DNA from: Macrostomum lignano
Taxonomy: Eukaryota
Length of the DNA: 64,000 nucleotides
Reading direction: 5' to 3'
Assembly (NCBI GenBank): GCA_002269645.1
Contig: NIVC01001057.1
Coordinates: 62,001-126,000 of the forward strand
The position numbers and the translations under genes are program-made. The notes under the pieces are model-generated. The model was not told the DNA's origin, ran no database searches, and saw only the letters and a list, made by a program, of their open reading frames with translations. Shown here piece after piece: positions 61,889 to 64,000 of the stretch (positions are counted from its first letter, which is position 1; every line of letters begins with the position of its first letter).

Positions 61889-62768
61889 GCGCGACTCGAA
61901 TCCAGGACCTACAAAGAACTTCGCCTTCTTATTATTCTTATTGCAGTTGTTCTTGCTTTTTGTGCAACCGGGCAGAAATTTGATTTCTCAGCTTTGTTTA
62001 TCGCTCTATTTATTTGCTTGTTTATTTAAAATTTTCCCAGTCAGTCCAGCCATTCGAATAGTCAAACATATACTGCTTTTTTCTCATTTACCGCTTTTAA
62101 TTTAAAAGCATTTTTTCAAATCTGTGCAATGTGTCTTAAAAATTACTTTTTATCATTCTTTATCCCCATGCAGTGCACGCGGTTAGCAACTGTACCTGCA
62201 ATCTTTTGAATATTCTTTGAGCCTCAAAACTGAGTGAATAGCACCCAACCAAAGGAGCTCCACGTACGTTGAATCTCTGTGTCCGGATCATTCCACAGTT
62301 TTTTGCTCTCTTTCTACTGAATAAAAACTTCTGTGTTGTCAGCGATGGCTGCTGCGCTCGCCGCTGCTCCATCGCCTGTTTTATCCATTTATTTCTCTCT
62401 TGGCCTGTTGTTGCAGCCAAAATATTGCTGCCATCGGTTGGCCTACTTATTAGCTTATAACTGAAGTAGTATGCACGGGATATTAATAGATTTTTATCCA
62501 AGCCAGGCCGAAAATGTTCGACTTTGTTGATTAAATATCGGCCTGAAGTTTTGTCAGCAAATATTTTTGACCGCCTTGTTTTGCCTTTCTTTATCGACAG
62601 CCGTGCGCTGAGCGATGCCGGCTCGTTTCATGCTGCGAATGGGGGAATTCCTCACTTTCTGAATTGCTAAGCGGAGAATTTCTCACTTTATAAATAGGTA
62701 ATATCTCACATTCGTAATAAAAATCTCGCGCATGCTGAATCGTTCTAAAAGGGGAATTTCCACCTTCT

Positions 62769-62972
62769 AAATGGAGAATTCCGCACTTGCTGAATGGAGA
62801 ATTCTTATCTTTTAAACGGGGAATTTCTCAGCTTGTAAATGGAGAATTCCGCACTTGCTGAATGGAGAATTCTTATCTTTTAAACGGGGAATTTCTCAGC
62901 TTGTAAATGGAGAATTCCGCACTTGCTGAATGGAGAATTCTTATCTTTTAAACGGGGAATTTCTCAGCTTGT
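62769..62972. repeat. 68-bp unit x3, itself made of three GAATT-containing subunits, with degenerate flanking copies
   Basis: AAATGGAGAATTCCGC at 62769, 62837 and 62905. Confidence 0.85.
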
Positions 62973-63384
62973 AAATGGGAATGCTTTACCCTTCTAAATA
63001 GAAAATTTCGGCCTTGCTAGATAGGGGAATTCCTTAATTCCTAAATTTGCTAAGCGGGAGAACTTCTCACTTCTTAAATGTTAAAATTGTTCAACTGACT
63101 CAATGTCTGCTGATTCGAGGGAATCCCCTTGCAGATTAGGGAATATTGGGAGTACCCCACTTGAAAACAGAAACACGAACTCCAAGAACACTTTTAGTTG
63201 CATTTACTCTGCAAACAAAGTCGTACTTACAGGAACCCCGGCAACGGGAGACCTGCTTGAACCTACTTTTAGTAGCCAATGCTTTCCACACTCGATAATC
63301 AAAGCGTATAGCAACTACCAGAGTCTGTAAGCATGGTGAATGTAATTTCTATGCGTCTATGATTAAACAGTTAAATAACTAATC

Positions 63385-63620
63385 AGAGAGAGTCAGCAAT
63401 CAGAGAGAGTCAACATCAGAGGGAGTCAGCATCAGAGAGAGTCAGCATCAGAGAGAGTCAGCATCAGAGAGAGTCAGCATCAGAGAGAGTCAGCATCAGA
63501 GAGTCAGCATCAGAGAGTCAGCATCAGAGAGAGTCAGCATCAGAGAGAGTCAGCATCAGAGATAGTCAGCATCAGAGAGAGTCAGCTTCAGAGAGAGTCA
63601 GCTTCAGAGAGTCAGCAGAG
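63385..63620. repeat. 14/16-bp minisatellite GAGAGTCAGCATCAGA downstream of the VGAT stop
   Basis: Seen directly. Confidence 0.92.
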
Positions 63621-63674
63621 CCGTGACCCCAGCCCAAACCACAGATCCGATCACGCAGTTGTCGCTGCCGCAGC

Positions 63675-64000
63675 TCAGGCCCTGGTGTAGGCGAAGGGGA
63701 TGCTGGAGTTCGCCTGCTGCTTGCCGGTCATCTTGGCGTGCAGCGCGTAGCCGCTGATAAACATGCCGACGCTGCCGCACAGCACGCCAACGGCGATGAT
63801 GAAGGCGTCGAACAGCCGGGTGTACAGCGGGCTGGCGTGCCGCTTCAGCACCAGGTGGAAGTAGGCGGGCCACACGAAGGACAGCATGGTGCCGGTGAAG
63901 CTGCCGATCAGGCCGCACAGCAGGGCGAAGTGCGGCACGGTGATGGCCACCACAAAGGTGAACAGCACCAGCAGGGCCCGCGGCAGCACCGCCCAGCACT
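63675..64000 (-). CDS. SLC32A1: Vesicular GABA/inhibitory amino acid transporter (VGAT/unc-47), C-terminal exon, 5'-partial
   Basis: RALLVLFTFVVAITVPHFALLCGLIGSFTGTMLSFVWPAYFHLVLK...FDAFIIAVGVLCGSVG matches the VGAT C-terminal signature (PHFALLMG..GS.TG..L.F..P..FH); stop at 63677-63675. Confidence 0.82.
   Translation of the reverse strand, partial: CWAVLPRALLVLFTFVVAITVPHFALLCGLIGSFTGTMLSFVWPAYFHLVLKRHASPLYTRLFDAFIIAVGVLCGSVGMFISGYALHAKMTGKQQANSSIPFAYTRA

Overview
Eukaryotic (metazoan) genomic DNA: GC-rich spliced exons separated by introns and spacers packed with locally private mini/microsatellites. This style suggests a free-living flatworm such as Macrostomum, which is an inference and unverified. 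Genes supported by hand-spliced, frame-consistent models: a 3-exon FMRFamide-receptor-like peptide GPCR (- strand, 5240-10525), a small secreted PAN/apple-like protein (- strand, 17567-17863), a 17-exon Ptp99A/R5-type receptor tyrosine phosphatase with Ig+FN3 ectodomain (+ strand, 24552-49944, about 1418 aa), a calcyphosine-like EF-hand gene with two duplicated alternative last exons (+ strand, 58933-61888), and the 3' end of a vesicular GABA transporter (- strand, 63675 to the window end). Mobile DNA: a 5'-truncated RTE-like LINE, a CCCAG-ended 2-bp-TSD non-autonomous DNA transposon, a probable Sola2-like MITE, a 297-bp hAT-like MITE carrying a 28S rRNA helix-69 (R2/I-PpoI target) fragment, a head-to-tail Helitron pair with CTTG 3' ends, and a 130-bp foldback enclosing a Penelope-type hammerhead-ribozyme motif. 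Most notable: two introns are built from tandem amplification of their own exon-end plus splice donor (8 and 11 decoy donors), nearly every long intron carries its own minisatellite, a 37-bp minisatellite family with a conserved 18-bp core occurs twice 45 kb apart, and the 13-kb first intron of the phosphatase is AT-rich and extremely CpG-depleted in patches. Most ORFs in the supplied track are repeat artefacts.
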